A stretch of DNA of 64,000 bases from Hyphomicrobium sp. (GCF_041659645.1 NZ_JBAZXX010000001.1:131066-195065); one strand, 5' to 3'; numbered from the stretch's first letter, positions 39,966 to 50,869 are shown. Translations and numbers: made by a program. The notes: a model not told the origin generated them from the letters alone.

Positions 39966-41368
39966 TATCTGTAAGCGGCCGCGGCTGCCGTCGTTCCCCA
40001 AATCCGACGAGTTATGTCGTCGCGGCGCGAACGGGAAGTTTCTCTCGTCGGCAAATGCGGTTTCATCTCAGCCGATCCGAAGAAGCTATCGTATCCGTGC
40101 CGGTTAATTCGGTCGCACGTTTTGAGATCGAGAACTGCCAACGCTTCATCGGGATTTCTGCGCGCAATTACATAAGCATTCTTAGCCGCGACATGATCCT
40201 TCAGCGCCCCACGCAGGTTAGTGAATGTATCCTGCAATGCATTGTTGCTCTGCCACATGTGCCGAATGGTATCGTAATGCGGATGCGGCTTCTGCTGTAG
40301 TTCCTGTAGGCGGAGCCTACCGTCATCAGTCAGTTCGAAATGATTCAGCAGGTTGCTGTGGTTACCCGGATCGAGTTTGTAGGCATAGAGTTCGAGACCG
40401 CGCGAGCTGACCAATAGAGCGTGTGACCGATCTATGGCAGCAAAACACTTTCGCACGTCGAGTTCCGCCGAATCGGGTTGGTTTGCGGTGAAGTTCTGCG
40501 AAAAGGCGACATATCGCATTTGCGTGCCCGTCAGGCTCTTCCCGGCGGGATACCGCGTTTCGATTCCAGAAAGACCAAGAAGGTCGAGGCAGGTTGGCGC
40601 AAGATCGACGGTGCTCGCCAGCCTGTTGTCGGCGCCAATTGGCACGTCCGAATCGCAGATCACTAGTGGCGCATGCACCAAAGGGGTAAATGGTTCCAGG
40701 CCATGCAGCAAGCCGTTCTTGAAACCATGTGTCCAGTGATCGTCGCCATGATCGCCATAGACGATGATAGTTGTTTCTTCTAGGAGACCCCGGCGGCGAA
40801 GGATGTCGAGCACCATACCCAGAAGAGTGTCGGTGACAGCGCACGCGCCACCTATAAGGTCCTCAAGGCACGAGGCATACGGCGCGAGCGCAAGGTCGGT
40901 TGCGATATGGGGCACGAGATTCCACATATAGATGGCGAATGGTGTCCCCTCTACGCGCTGATCGAATTGCGCCAGGAGATCACTAAAATCGTTTGTGCTC
41001 CAGACGGGAGGCACGCTGGCAGAAAGCAGCGGAAGCATCGCCTTGGAAATTGCGCTAGCGCACAAGAAGGAGGTTTTGTATCCCGTCTCCGCCAACGCGA
41101 GAAACAGGCTCTTCGTGTCGCCCGCAGGGCGCGAAACACCCGATGCAGCGTCGAGTTCGCCATCGTTGCCGTGCATAAAGGCCGAAATGGCCATCTGCGT
41201 CGAGGTCGCCGACGAGAAATACGATCGGTAGACGCGGGATGTTTCCATCAGACGGTGCAAGTGCGGAAACGCTTCAGGAAAGGCTGACAGCCTCTGCCAA
41301 GCAACACTTTCGAGATGAAAGACCAGAAGGTTTTTCCGCCGTGTGGCGGATGGGCGAAGGGACATCAT
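39965..41368 (-). CDS. Alkaline-phosphatase-superfamily (sulfatase/LtaS-like) protein
   Basis: VFHLES, SSATSTQMA (Thr where sulfatases have Cys), GDHG, HAPL and TVDLAPT motifs. Confidence 0.8.
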   Translation of the reverse strand: MMSLRPSATRRKNLLVFHLESVAWQRLSAFPEAFPHLHRLMETSRVYRSYFSSATSTQMAISAFMHGNDGELDAASGVSRPAGDTKSLFLALAETGYKTSFLCASAISKAMLPLLSASVPPVWSTNDFSDLLAQFDQRVEGTPFAIYMWNLVPHIATDLALAPYASCLEDLIGGACAVTDTLLGMVLDILRRRGLLEETTIIVYGDHGDDHWTHGFKNGLLHGLEPFTPLVHAPLVICDSDVPIGADNRLASTVDLAPTCLDLLGLSGIETRYPAGKSLTGTQMRYVAFSQNFTANQPDSAELDVRKCFAAIDRSHALLVSSRGLELYAYKLDPGNHSNLLNHFELTDDGRLRLQELQQKPHPHYDTIRHMWQSNNALQDTFTNLRGALKDHVAAKNAYVIARRNPDEALAVLDLKTCDRINRHGYDSFFGSAEMKPHLPTRETSRSRRDDITRRIWGTTAAAAAYR

Positions 41369-42258
41369 GAACTTCGGTGCCTCCGGTCGGCAAATATCGC
41401 GTTGAAATCGAAGCCGAGGAGTTCCGGAATCTCTGGCTCCGATTTTTTCGCTGGTTCCACTGGCTTTTGCAGTCTGGCTGGCTTTCGCCAGCCAAAAAAT
41501 GACCGCCCACGTGACGGAATCGGGTTCTCAAAGGCTCCAATTCCCTCAGCCAGATCGATATATCCTCTGCCCATCGAGATTCTTTTGAGCTTTAGTCCTG
41601 CTTCGTCGATGAGATGGCGGTATCCTACGGCCTGGTCGCGGCTGTCGGGATCGACCATGGAAAATTTCTCGAAGCGCGCAACCCGATCCTGCCGTTCAAT
41701 CATCCGCAAATGATAAAGATTGGCGCGCATGTTAGCGCGGGACTCGTGTTGCAATTCCTGCGGAAACCAAGGTTGATGCATCCCCGGGCTGCGCAGCGTG
41801 ATCGTGGGGGGCAAACGGAACATGCGGGCACTCCAGCGCGGCTGACACAGCCCGTCGGCGCGATAATGATTCCGCGAATTCCAGAGATTGACTAGTTGCA
41901 AAAGACGAACAGGCTCGCCGCGCTCATCGCCCATGCGAGCCTCGACCCGCAATCGTCGCAGAAACCTTTCCTCGAACCTCTCATCGGCATCGGCGCACAG
42001 AATCCAATCTGCTCCCAGTCGCGCTGCCTCGGTCAAGAGGCGATGGCGATTTGAGACTTCATGGGCATGGGCCGGGCTCAACCGGTGCTCGCGCAGCACC
42101 GATATAACTTTGGGCTCCGAGCGAAGGATGTCCGCTGTGGCGTCACTCGAACAGTCGTCCAGCGCGATTATAGCATTCACATACGGCGCAAGATGAAACA
42201 GAAAGCCCGGCAGATAGCGCTCTTCGTTCCGGACGGAGATCACACCAAAGATGTTCAT
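41365..42258 (-). CDS. Glycosyltransferase family 2
   Basis: VRNEERYL, DDCSSD and WILCADADE motifs; ATGA overlap with the next gene. Confidence 0.88.
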   Translation of the reverse strand: MNIFGVISVRNEERYLPGFLFHLAPYVNAIIALDDCSSDATADILRSEPKVISVLREHRLSPAHAHEVSNRHRLLTEAARLGADWILCADADERFEERFLRRLRVEARMGDERGEPVRLLQLVNLWNSRNHYRADGLCQPRWSARMFRLPPTITLRSPGMHQPWFPQELQHESRANMRANLYHLRMIERQDRVARFEKFSMVDPDSRDQAVGYRHLIDEAGLKLKRISMGRGYIDLAEGIGAFENPIPSRGRSFFGWRKPARLQKPVEPAKKSEPEIPELLGFDFNAIFADRRHRSS

Positions 42259-42796
42259 GAAAGGCTAAGAGGCCTTGATTGAGCAACAGCCTTCGACGCG
42301 GCTGAAATAGTCCAGGATATTCTTTCACATAACCTATTGGCGTTGACGGCCACTAGTGTCGGCGCGCGTCTGTCCGCTGTTTTCCACGTGAATGTTGTCT
42401 CCCGACATGCCGTAAGACCCACTTCGACTAGTGGTTGAATTGGCCCCAAATCGTCACCTGCGGTTCCCGCACCGAAGCCTGATGCCATTTCTTGCCGCTT
42501 TCTCCGCGTTACGCGCCGCCGGCGTTTTTATCCTCACCGCCACCTCAATGACTTACTCGACTAAGCCATTGAGGTGGCGACTTAACGGTGTCGGCTTTGA
42601 CCAACTCCGATTTCCCTAACCCGACTGATTTCTCGTAGCCATTATCTTTCTAGCGGCGCTGACGGTCTTCCTCTGCCACAAGTTCATTTAGTGGCGATTT
42701 CTGAAGACTGACCGGAATTAGACAGCAGCCTCGGTCGCTGCAGCCGCGCCCATTGCGGTGAAGTGAGGGGAATTTCCGGCTGTAAACGATTTACTC

Positions 42797-42976
42797 ATGT
42801 CAAACTCCGCGATTGAGCTTTATCGCGGATGCGGTTTTCGCGAATGCGGCCGATATCAGCTGTCGCGATTTTCTCGGGATGGCCGATCCGATGAAGTGCT
42901 GATGGAGCTGATGCGCTCCGATTATTCACCGGTCAACGATATCGAGCAGGAGCGCGCGCTCAACGCAAGCAAATAG
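42797..42976 (+). pseudogene. RimL/PseH-type GNAT C-terminal remnant
   Basis: NSAIELYRGCGFRECG...DG...DEVLMELMRSDY; 3' part repeated at 50870. Confidence 0.6.
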
Positions 42977-43109
42977 GTGCTCCCGCAGAAAAAAGTATCT
43001 TTGTTTTTTTGAAGTTTGTTCGTATACGCCAGCTCACAACAGCATAAGCCGGGAGCTGATCGTGGCTGCGTTGTCGCAACGACGACAAACCGATAGGATA
43101 GTATTGTAC

Positions 43110-43480
43110 CGTCGGACTCCGGTGCAGAGTGTCATGCGATGATCTGGCGGAGCAAGCAGAAGATTTCTCAGTTCAGCAGTTTGTCTCTGAGCCGGGCGTT
43201 AAAGGTCTTGAGCTACCCGTTTCCCAAGGACTGCTTGGCGCTATATCCGCCGTCATCGCGCCGACGACTGCGATCCATTTCTGCGCGGCTTCGGCGATAA
43301 GCTCCGATCCATTGCCTGAACGAATATGTCCCAATCGCTGCGCTCGTCGAGCAGCTCGCAGTATGTCGATGACATCCATCGAATTGAGTTACACCGTGCT
43401 CTGATCGCCAGGCTTTCATGCATAAACTCATCGACGACGTTGAGCATGCGCGAGCGGGCCTGCACGAACATCATCGTTCG
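43110..43480 (-). mobile_element. IS3-family orfB remnant
   Basis: MLNVVDEF, IRSGNGSE and degenerate SPWENG..TFNARLRD. Confidence 0.85.
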
Positions 43481-43641
43481 GTAGTCAAAGGTTTTTGTAA
43501 CGTGGTGGAGTGACCGCTACTCATACTGCCCTCGATGTGGCAAGACGTTCGCCAAAAAGCTGTGGATCTCGCGCTGATTACTGGCTTTTTGCCTATGCCA
43601 ATTTGCCTATTGACTGCCATCCTTCGAAGAAGGGTGGGCCG

Positions 43642-44775
43642 ATGAGCAGGCAAATATTCATACACATTGGTGGCGAGAAAACCGGCACAACGACGCTCCA
43701 GCGTTTCCTTACTCGGAACACGTCGGAGCTGAAGAAGGCTGGCTTCTTCTATCCTTGCGAAGCTCATAATATTTGTTTTGAAAGCATTGCGCATTTTCCA
43801 ATTGCCGCATCTTTGGTTGGCCAAAGAGTTGAGTTTGTAAGTGAGAAAAGGCAGCGCACGCTTCCGCTTGTTCTTGGCGCGCTCACGCGTCTAGTAGAAT
43901 CGACGGACGCACCAGTTATTCTATCGTGCGAGCATTTCTCTTCTCGGCTCACTCAAGCCGATCAACTCACGATGCTGCGCGCTGCCTTGCGGACTGACGA
44001 TATCAAAATTATCTACTACATCCGTGAGCCGTCCGATCTCTCACTCGCCGCGTGGTCAACGGGCGTCCGTTGCGGCAGAACAAAGGCGTTCAACGCCAGC
44101 GATGTTACGCCTGAAAATCGGTACTTCAACCATCTCGAGCCTCTCAAGTTATGGGGTTCCATATTTGGCGACTCCAACATTATCGTGCGGGAATACAACC
44201 GCTCGCGCCTTATTGGCGGCGATATCCGCAAGGATTTCTGTGAACTGTTGGAGATTGAGCTGCCGCGCGCACAATTTGAGAACGATGAAAACCAGTCATT
44301 TGATTCTCAGCGTCTGCAAGTTCTCAGCTACGTCAATTGCGGGCTATCCCAATTTCATGAATCTGAAAATGGATGGCGGCGGGCACAAAAATTAAGAGAG
44401 ATCATTTCGACCCACATTCCCTGCGGCGAGTCCTTGAATGGCTCGATGAGTGAACAAGAAAGAACCGACATAAAATTGCGCTTCAGCGAAATTAATCGAG
44501 AGATTAGTGAGCGATACTTTGATGGTCGCCTTTCACACGACTGGTTTCCGGATCGTAACGCGGAGGATCCAGGAATTGGCAGTCATTCTCAATCTCTCGA
44601 CGACATAACGTCCATTCTTAGAGAAACCGTTATTCGTATCGCCGACACGTGTAGCGATTACGAAATGAGACTTCGGGAGGTGCGGCCCAAAAGAAGAAGG
44701 AAGCTTCATAAGCTTTTAAAGCGGCTCAGACGGAGATTTTTTCAAAGTGATTCTAGAGCTACCGCGCAGCCGTAA
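43642..44775 (+). CDS. P-loop sulfotransferase-like protein
   Basis: IHIGGEKTGTTTLQ, ILSCEHFS and IIYYIREP motifs; basic C-terminal tail. Confidence 0.75.
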   Translation: MSRQIFIHIGGEKTGTTTLQRFLTRNTSELKKAGFFYPCEAHNICFESIAHFPIAASLVGQRVEFVSEKRQRTLPLVLGALTRLVESTDAPVILSCEHFSSRLTQADQLTMLRAALRTDDIKIIYYIREPSDLSLAAWSTGVRCGRTKAFNASDVTPENRYFNHLEPLKLWGSIFGDSNIIVREYNRSRLIGGDIRKDFCELLEIELPRAQFENDENQSFDSQRLQVLSYVNCGLSQFHESENGWRRAQKLREIISTHIPCGESLNGSMSEQERTDIKLRFSEINREISERYFDGRLSHDWFPDRNAEDPGIGSHSQSLDDITSILRETVIRIADTCSDYEMRLREVRPKRRRKLHKLLKRLRRRFFQSDSRATAQP

Positions 44776-44889
44776 GACCGGAATCGTGGACGCTATTTGG
44801 CCTTTGCGCCATACGCTTGAATCAAATCGGGCTGCGGATTGATTCACACCACATCCTATTTCGCGTCGGAACCTGCTCTGCCCTGAGTT

Positions 44890-45420
44890 TACGCCGAACT
44901 CTGATCGCCAGGCTCTCGTGCGTAAACTCATCGACGACGTTGAGCATGCGGTATTTCCTCCCCTCGTGTGTCCGATCTTCGACGAAGTCGTAAGACCACA
45001 CATGGTTCCGGTATTCCGGGCGTAGCCGAATGCACGAGCCGTCCGCCAGCCACAGACGTCCGCGTTTGGGTTGCTTGTAGGGAACTTTCAGCCCCTCCCG
45101 CCGCAAGGTGCGCTCGACCCGCTTGTCGTTGATGAGCCAACCGGCATGGCGCAGCAGAGCGGCGATCTTGCGATAGCCGTAACGCCCACACTGACGAGCC
45201 AGTTCGATGATATCAGCGGTGAGCCGCTCTTCGTCGTCACGCCCCGTGGGCGCCTTGCGGTGCGTCGACCGATGCTGTCCGAGCGCCGCGCAGGTACGAC
45301 ACTCGGAGACGTGAAGTTCACGTCGAACATGGTCAATACAAACGCGGCGGCGCGCGGGGCTTAGAAGTTTCCCTTGGCAGCCTCCGCCAGGATCAGTTTA
45401 TCAAGCGTCAGATCGGACCC
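44890..45420 (-). mobile_element. IS3-family (IS407-group-like) internal fragment, orfA end and orfB start
   Basis: LDKLILAEAAKGNF* with GGGAAAC slip site; YGYRKI..LL; WSYDFVEDRT. Confidence 0.9.
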
Positions 45421-45519
45421 GACGCGAAGGGACAGAGCAACGCTTACTCGGCCTGTCGGCACGAAGGAGCGCAAGAAGCGCAGCCGCCCGTCTTCAGAGA
45501 AGCAGCAGAAAGCCACCAA

Positions 45520-46596
45520 ATGATGTGGATGACCGATGCCGAACCCGTAGACCCCGACAGCACGGCGACGGATATTGGACACCTCAACGCAGGACGGATA
45601 GCCGTCTCTCAGCTTGCCGTAGGTACCGCGGCGGACCCTTTTTTGAAGCGTGCGCCATCGCTCAGGAGTTTGGAATTGCGGAGCCATCTTTTGATAGCCG
45701 GAACTGGACGTGCCGGTACGAGCTTGCTGGTACGCATTTTCGATGCTTGCGGGTTTGAAACGGAATTGGCGCGACACCCCGGAGGGACGTTTTGGGACGA
45801 AGATGCTAACGCCGGCCTCGAAAGCCTACCTCTCGCCGGTGACGATCAGCCGTATGTAGTGAAGTCTCCGTGGAGCTATCAATTCATCGAAGAGATGTTG
45901 AACTGCCCCGATATACAATTAGATGCTGTTTTGGTTCCGATAAGAAATCTTGCCGATGCTGCTGCGAGTCGAATAGTTCTGGAGTTACAACACCGCTATA
46001 GGCGTGGATCTCCCGATTCTTTTTTGGAACATCCGTGGAAAGATTGGGGGGCAGTTCCGGGCGGAGTGGTGCACTCCTTGGAACCGCTGGATCAAGCGCG
46101 GATATTGGCTCACTCATTGTACACCTTGATTGAGCCCTTGGCCCGACGTGAAGTTCCAATTAAATTTCTCTCTTTTCCTCGGTTCGTCTCCGATCCGGAA
46201 TATCTCTATCGCGCGCTTGGTGAGATTGTCCAATCCAAGCTCACTCAAGCCGAGTTTTGTCGTTGTGTTGAGACGGTCGTCAACCGCAAACTTGTCCGGA
46301 TAGGCTCCGCGGAAAAAATACTATTAGGAGAACTAAGCGAGACTCCGCCACCATCCCCCTGTGAGGCGACCGTACTGCCAGATTTTGAAACGCTGGATCG
46401 AACGGCGCTCAGGCGCGAGGTGCAAAGACTAAATAGCAAACTTCTGGAAGTAAGCGAGAAGTGCAAAAAACTCGAGGTACGGTGCCAGCGACTGGACGCT
46501 AAGGCGCGCCGCCGAACCATTGCAGGCCGCTTTTGCCAAGCCAGGGACTATCTCTTAGGCAATTTGCCAACTAGACGGGTCTTGCGAACTGCTTAG
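45520..46596 (+). CDS. P-loop sulfotransferase-like protein with C-terminal coiled coil
   Basis: LIAGTGRAGTS, VVKSPW and VPIRNL..AAASR motifs. Confidence 0.7.
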   Translation: MMWMTDAEPVDPDSTATDIGHLNAGRIAVSQLAVGTAADPFLKRAPSLRSLELRSHLLIAGTGRAGTSLLVRIFDACGFETELARHPGGTFWDEDANAGLESLPLAGDDQPYVVKSPWSYQFIEEMLNCPDIQLDAVLVPIRNLADAAASRIVLELQHRYRRGSPDSFLEHPWKDWGAVPGGVVHSLEPLDQARILAHSLYTLIEPLARREVPIKFLSFPRFVSDPEYLYRALGEIVQSKLTQAEFCRCVETVVNRKLVRIGSAEKILLGELSETPPPSPCEATVLPDFETLDRTALRREVQRLNSKLLEVSEKCKKLEVRCQRLDAKARRRTIAGRFCQARDYLLGNLPTRRVLRTA

Positions 46597-46629
46597 CTAG
46601 CGTCAGGTTGACTCTGCTGGAGTATTGCC

Positions 46630-46966
46630 AATCGGCTCTGATCGGCCTCCACCAGGATCAGTTTATCAAGCGTCGAGTCAGACACCGCTTCGCGAAGACG
46701 CCGGTTCTCAAGCTCCAGGTCCTTCATGCGCTTCACCTGATCGGTCTGCAGACCTCCGAACTTGCGCCGCCAGCGGTAGTACGTCACCTGCGTCACGCCG
46801 AGCGTCCGCACGACATTCGGAATCTTGCTGCCTTGCGCGATGAGCACATCTGCCCGACGCAGCTTCGAGACGATCTTTCCGGCTCGTAATTTCTCTTCGC
46901 CGTATCCGTCCCCCTCGGGGGAAAATCCATACTTCGAGACGGACTAAATTCAGTGGGGGAGGATCA
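46630..46966 (-). mobile_element. IS3-family left end plus orfA remnant
   Basis: Left end TGATCCTCCCCC...; VTQVTYYRWRRKFGG and KRMKDLELEN.RL. Confidence 0.9.
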
Positions 46967-47382
46967 ACTCTCAGGATGGATGGCGGCGCGCTCAAAAATT
47001 GAGAGAGCTTATTTCCGCACATATTCCCTGCGGCGCGTCCTTGAATGTCTCAATAAGTGGACAAGAAAGAGCCGATATAGAATTACGCTTCAGCGAAATT
47101 AATCGAGAAATTAATGGGCGATACTTTAATGGTTGCCTTTCACAGTACTGGTTTCCGGATTGCAACGTGCAGGATTTAGGAATTGGCAGTCAGTGTCAAT
47201 CTCTCGACGATATTACGTCCACTCTGAGAGAAACCGTTATTCGGATTGCCGACACTTGTAGTGATTATGAAATGGGAGTTCGGGAGGCGCGGCCCAAAAG
47301 GAGAAGGAAGCTCGGTAATCTTTTTAAGAAACTCAGTCGGAAATTTTTTCAAAATGAAACTAGGGCTTCTGCGCGCCAGTGA
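46967..47382 (+). pseudogene. 3' third of a paralog of the 43642 gene, truncated by the IS end
   Basis: Colinear with 44361-44775 (GWRRAQKLRE...RPKRRRKL); similarity begins immediately after the IS terminus. Confidence 0.88.
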
Positions 47383-47589
47383 AGCTGGCATTATAGATGC
47401 TATTTGACTTTGGCGGATTGATTCACGCCACGTAGCGCGGTGTCCTTACGATCATTCGATACGTGCTCCAGAACATTGATCGCCGTCACGACGTCGACCG
47501 CCTGCCTCGATCTTCAAGTTTGTCAAAGATGAAATGAAGTGGACCGCCCGCTCATCGGATCTAAGTCAATCGCGGGCGCTATCAAGTAA

Positions 47590-48765
47590 TTATTTTCGCC
47601 GAACGTTTTCGAAGAGGTCGATAATTTTCTTGGTCCCAGAGGGTTGAGAAAAACGGTCCATAAAGGCGTCGTATCCATTAGCAGAAATTCGCTGCCAAAC
47701 GTTGTTGTCGTAATAGGCGTCCATGATTAGGTTAGAAATTTGATCCGGAGTGTCGGCGACGAGCACATCACTCCCATGCGTTAAGCCCATCCCTTCCGCC
47801 GCAATTGAGGTCGCAATGACCGGAACACCATAGCTAAGGCTACTGACAATCTTTCCCTTAACACCTCCGCCGTAGCGCAACGGCGCGACGGTTAGCCGAC
47901 TTGCAGCAAACAGCGGTGCTAAATCTCGCACGTATCCTTTCGCGATAATCCGTTCAGAGTTTAATTGCGTGATGCTATTTGGCATGTGAGAGCCAGCTAT
48001 AATGAAGCGGTCTTGAAAGCCGTGCCTGAGAAGCTTGGGCCATATCTCACCAACAAACCACTCTACGGCATCAATGTTTGGTGAATGGAGAAATCCTCCT
48101 ATAAACAGCAGATCTCGCCTGATCGGATCGGGCGCCAAGGCTCGCCTGTAGAGCCGACAAATTTTTCGCAATCCAATCCGGTTTTCGTATTGACGGTTCC
48201 AAGGTATATGAGGCGTTTCTCGCAGAATTGGGATGTGATGAACATTAGCTCCCGGCACGAGTTGATGTACTAACTCTTCCTCTGATGCACTCACAACGAT
48301 TGCCGCGTCTGCTCTCTGCATCAAATCTAGTTCTGCTACCCGCGTTTGCGTGGCTGCTTTCGCCAGGTCTTGATTACCGGTCAGTTCCGCTTGTCGTTGC
48401 ATGCGAAGAAAATGAAGGTCAACCGCGTGGAAAATGATTTTCGCATTTGGCGCGGCTCGCCTCGCTTTGTCGAACAACGGCGCTGCCGTCGGAGCCCTGT
48501 ACAGCAATATAATATCTGACTTAGGTCCGATCTTGCGGAAAACCCGGTCCATCGACTTCCATAGTGGTGCAGATAAGGTCCGGATCCCGAGTTTCCTGAG
48601 CGCCTGCGTGTACGGGGATCGTGCTTTCAAATCGTTGGGAGCGAAAGTTATTTTATATCCTGCTCGGGATAATATTTGCAGATAAGAGAAGGTGCTCGCT
48701 GACCCACTATCTAAATCGGGAGTCGGCGTGCTGTGGTCCACGACAAGAACGCGCCCTCGTTTCAT
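47590..48765 (-). CDS. Glycosyltransferase family 4-like
   Basis: PTPDLDSGS, FIGGFLHSPNIDAV and PLRYGGGVKGK motifs. Confidence 0.9.
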   Translation of the reverse strand: MKRGRVLVVDHSTPTPDLDSGSASTFSYLQILSRAGYKITFAPNDLKARSPYTQALRKLGIRTLSAPLWKSMDRVFRKIGPKSDIILLYRAPTAAPLFDKARRAAPNAKIIFHAVDLHFLRMQRQAELTGNQDLAKAATQTRVAELDLMQRADAAIVVSASEEELVHQLVPGANVHHIPILRETPHIPWNRQYENRIGLRKICRLYRRALAPDPIRRDLLFIGGFLHSPNIDAVEWFVGEIWPKLLRHGFQDRFIIAGSHMPNSITQLNSERIIAKGYVRDLAPLFAASRLTVAPLRYGGGVKGKIVSSLSYGVPVIATSIAAEGMGLTHGSDVLVADTPDQISNLIMDAYYDNNVWQRISANGYDAFMDRFSQPSGTKKIIDLFENVRRK

Positions 48766-50093
48766 TCAAATCGATCAATTCTAAAGGTCGGCACAAATGC
48801 CTTGATACGACTTTGCAATTGAGAAATTGCCTTTGCGACGACCACCAAATCCCAATCTTCAGACAAAGAAATTTCGCTAAGAAGCCGATGAGCGAGATCT
48901 GCCGGAAGCTGACTTTTGACCGTAGAAAGATCGACTCCATGGTCGCAGATAAAATCTGGATCGTAGATGTGGAGGTTATAGCCTCGATCCAACAGCTCGT
49001 TTGCGAGCTTCACGAGCGGGCTGTTTCGCACGTCGTCCGTGGCGGGTTTAAAACTCAAACCTACGAGTAGTACGCGAGAGCCCGGCTTCACTCTCGCTTC
49101 AATCTCCTCGATCAGAAAGAACAGGTGCGAGTCATTGCTGCGCAGGATGCTGCTCATAAGAGGAGCGGAAACTCCTGTCGCTTCCATGCGTAAGGCTAGC
49201 GCGCGCACGTCCTTCGGAAGACAAGGGCCTCCGAACGCCATCCCGGGGCGAAGGTATGCAGCAGAAATATTCAACTTTTGGTCGGCAAGAAAGATGTCGA
49301 AAATTTGGCTTGGCGTCGCCTTTGCACGAACGGCGAAACGCGCAATTTCGTTGGCGAAAGCAACCTTTAGAGCGTGAAAACTGTTGTCCGCGAACTTCGC
49401 AAGCTCGGCCACCTCGAAGCTGGTCAGGAATTTTTCGACGTCAAAGTTTTCGAACAGACGAAGTAAGAGCTTTCCGCATCCCGGCCGACGTTCGCCGATT
49501 ACGATGCGAGATGCATCGTAGTGATCTGCCACTGCGCTACCCTCGCGACTGAATTCTGGCAGATAAGCGACGTCATACCGACCACCTGGAGCTTCGTCCG
49601 CTGATGAAATCAAAGCCGGCATCACGACATCGCTCATGGACCCCGGGAGCATCGTGCTCCTTACAACCAATAAAAGCGGTTCAAGATCACCACGTCGCAA
49701 ATGAATTGTTTCACCTAACGCTCTGACCGCTGTAACTACCTCTGATAAGTCTAGGTCCCCATGCTGCAGCCCGCGCGTACCGACGCAGAGGAATACCAAA
49801 TCGGAATTGACTATTTCGCCAGTTTCATTTGTGACGGAAAACCGACCGTCAGCATGGCCCTGGCCGATGAGAGCGTCGACGTGCGGTTCTCGAAAAGACG
49901 GTTTGCCGACGCCCGCATTGACCAGAATTCGGTCGTCGCATTCAACTCCGATGACATGGTGACCGTCGCGAAGCATCGCAGCAGCAGTTACTGTGCCAAC
50001 GTGCCCGAGGCCTATGACCGCAATTTTCAGTTTCGAATTGCCGTGAAGCAGTTCGCTGGCCTCAAGATATTTTTGTGGTTGGTGAAGGTTCAA
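48762..50093 (-). CDS. UDP-glucose/GDP-mannose dehydrogenase family protein
   Basis: GLGHVG, RSTMLPG, PEFSREG, FGGPCLPKD and DVRNSP motifs. Confidence 0.95.
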   Translation of the reverse strand: MNLHQPQKYLEASELLHGNSKLKIAVIGLGHVGTVTAAAMLRDGHHVIGVECDDRILVNAGVGKPSFREPHVDALIGQGHADGRFSVTNETGEIVNSDLVFLCVGTRGLQHGDLDLSEVVTAVRALGETIHLRRGDLEPLLLVVRSTMLPGSMSDVVMPALISSADEAPGGRYDVAYLPEFSREGSAVADHYDASRIVIGERRPGCGKLLLRLFENFDVEKFLTSFEVAELAKFADNSFHALKVAFANEIARFAVRAKATPSQIFDIFLADQKLNISAAYLRPGMAFGGPCLPKDVRALALRMEATGVSAPLMSSILRSNDSHLFFLIEEIEARVKPGSRVLLVGLSFKPATDDVRNSPLVKLANELLDRGYNLHIYDPDFICDHGVDLSTVKSQLPADLAHRLLSEISLSEDWDLVVVAKAISQLQSRIKAFVPTFRIDRFE

Positions 50094-50444
50094 GGTCTGC
50101 TCCTGGGCCGCCGCCTAATGTCATCCCAAAGGATTCCAGCGGGATCAGCAACCGTCGGTTTTATCAACTTTGTTGATAGGTTGTGGAGAACATTCCTGAA
50201 CGGAGGATTTTCGGTTTCTACTTCGCATTCTTGCTCGGCGTTGAAGTTGTGAGATCTAAAGTTCTCAAGCTGCTGAGGCGCCCCCCGTTAGTGCGGTGCG
50301 TCGGTCACCCACTTCCCATTGACTCCAGTGCAATGAGTTCCCGTTGAGGGAAACACCGTTGTGGCAGTCGATGCCAATGCGGCCGGAGGCGCCGAGTCGC
50401 ACTGAAAGCCGCGACTGCAAAGCGAGTGGTAAGCAATCCCCCTG

Positions 50445-50869
50445 TAAGAATGTAACGCGAGAAGTTGTTGAGAATGGTTGAGAGATAGAACCAGCCCCAA
50501 CCGATGACCTTGAGATAGGTGAAGTCGGTCTGCCAGAGTTGATTGATCGCAGTCGTCTTGTTCTTGAACTCATCTGCGGCCGTGATGACGATGAATGCCG
50601 GGCTGATGATGAGGTCGTGGGTCTTGAGGAGGCGATAAAGAGAAGCTTCCGAGAGGAAGTAGCGCTCGTATCGGCGAACCGGGTCGCCCGTTCACGCGGC
50701 GACAAAGTGGGCTCATCGAGCTCCATGTCGATGATGCCCCGGCGAACTTCATCAGGAATGCGGTTCCATATTCCCGACGGCTTCGACGGCTTGTCTTGCG
50801 AGGCTTCAACGCCGCCCGATGGATAGCGATCATACCAGCGATAGAACGAGCCCGGCAGAATGCCGGGTT
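50445..50869 (-). mobile_element. IS481-family transposase remnant
   Basis: SFYRWYDRY, WNRIPDEVR, SPRE, QLWQTDFTYLKVIGWGWFYL. Confidence 0.85.

Noticed and set aside
42520-42545. ops/JUMPstart-like GGCGGTGAG on the minus strand upstream of a glycan operon
   Set aside because: It does not match GGCGGTAG, and no RfaH/NusG paralog is in the window.
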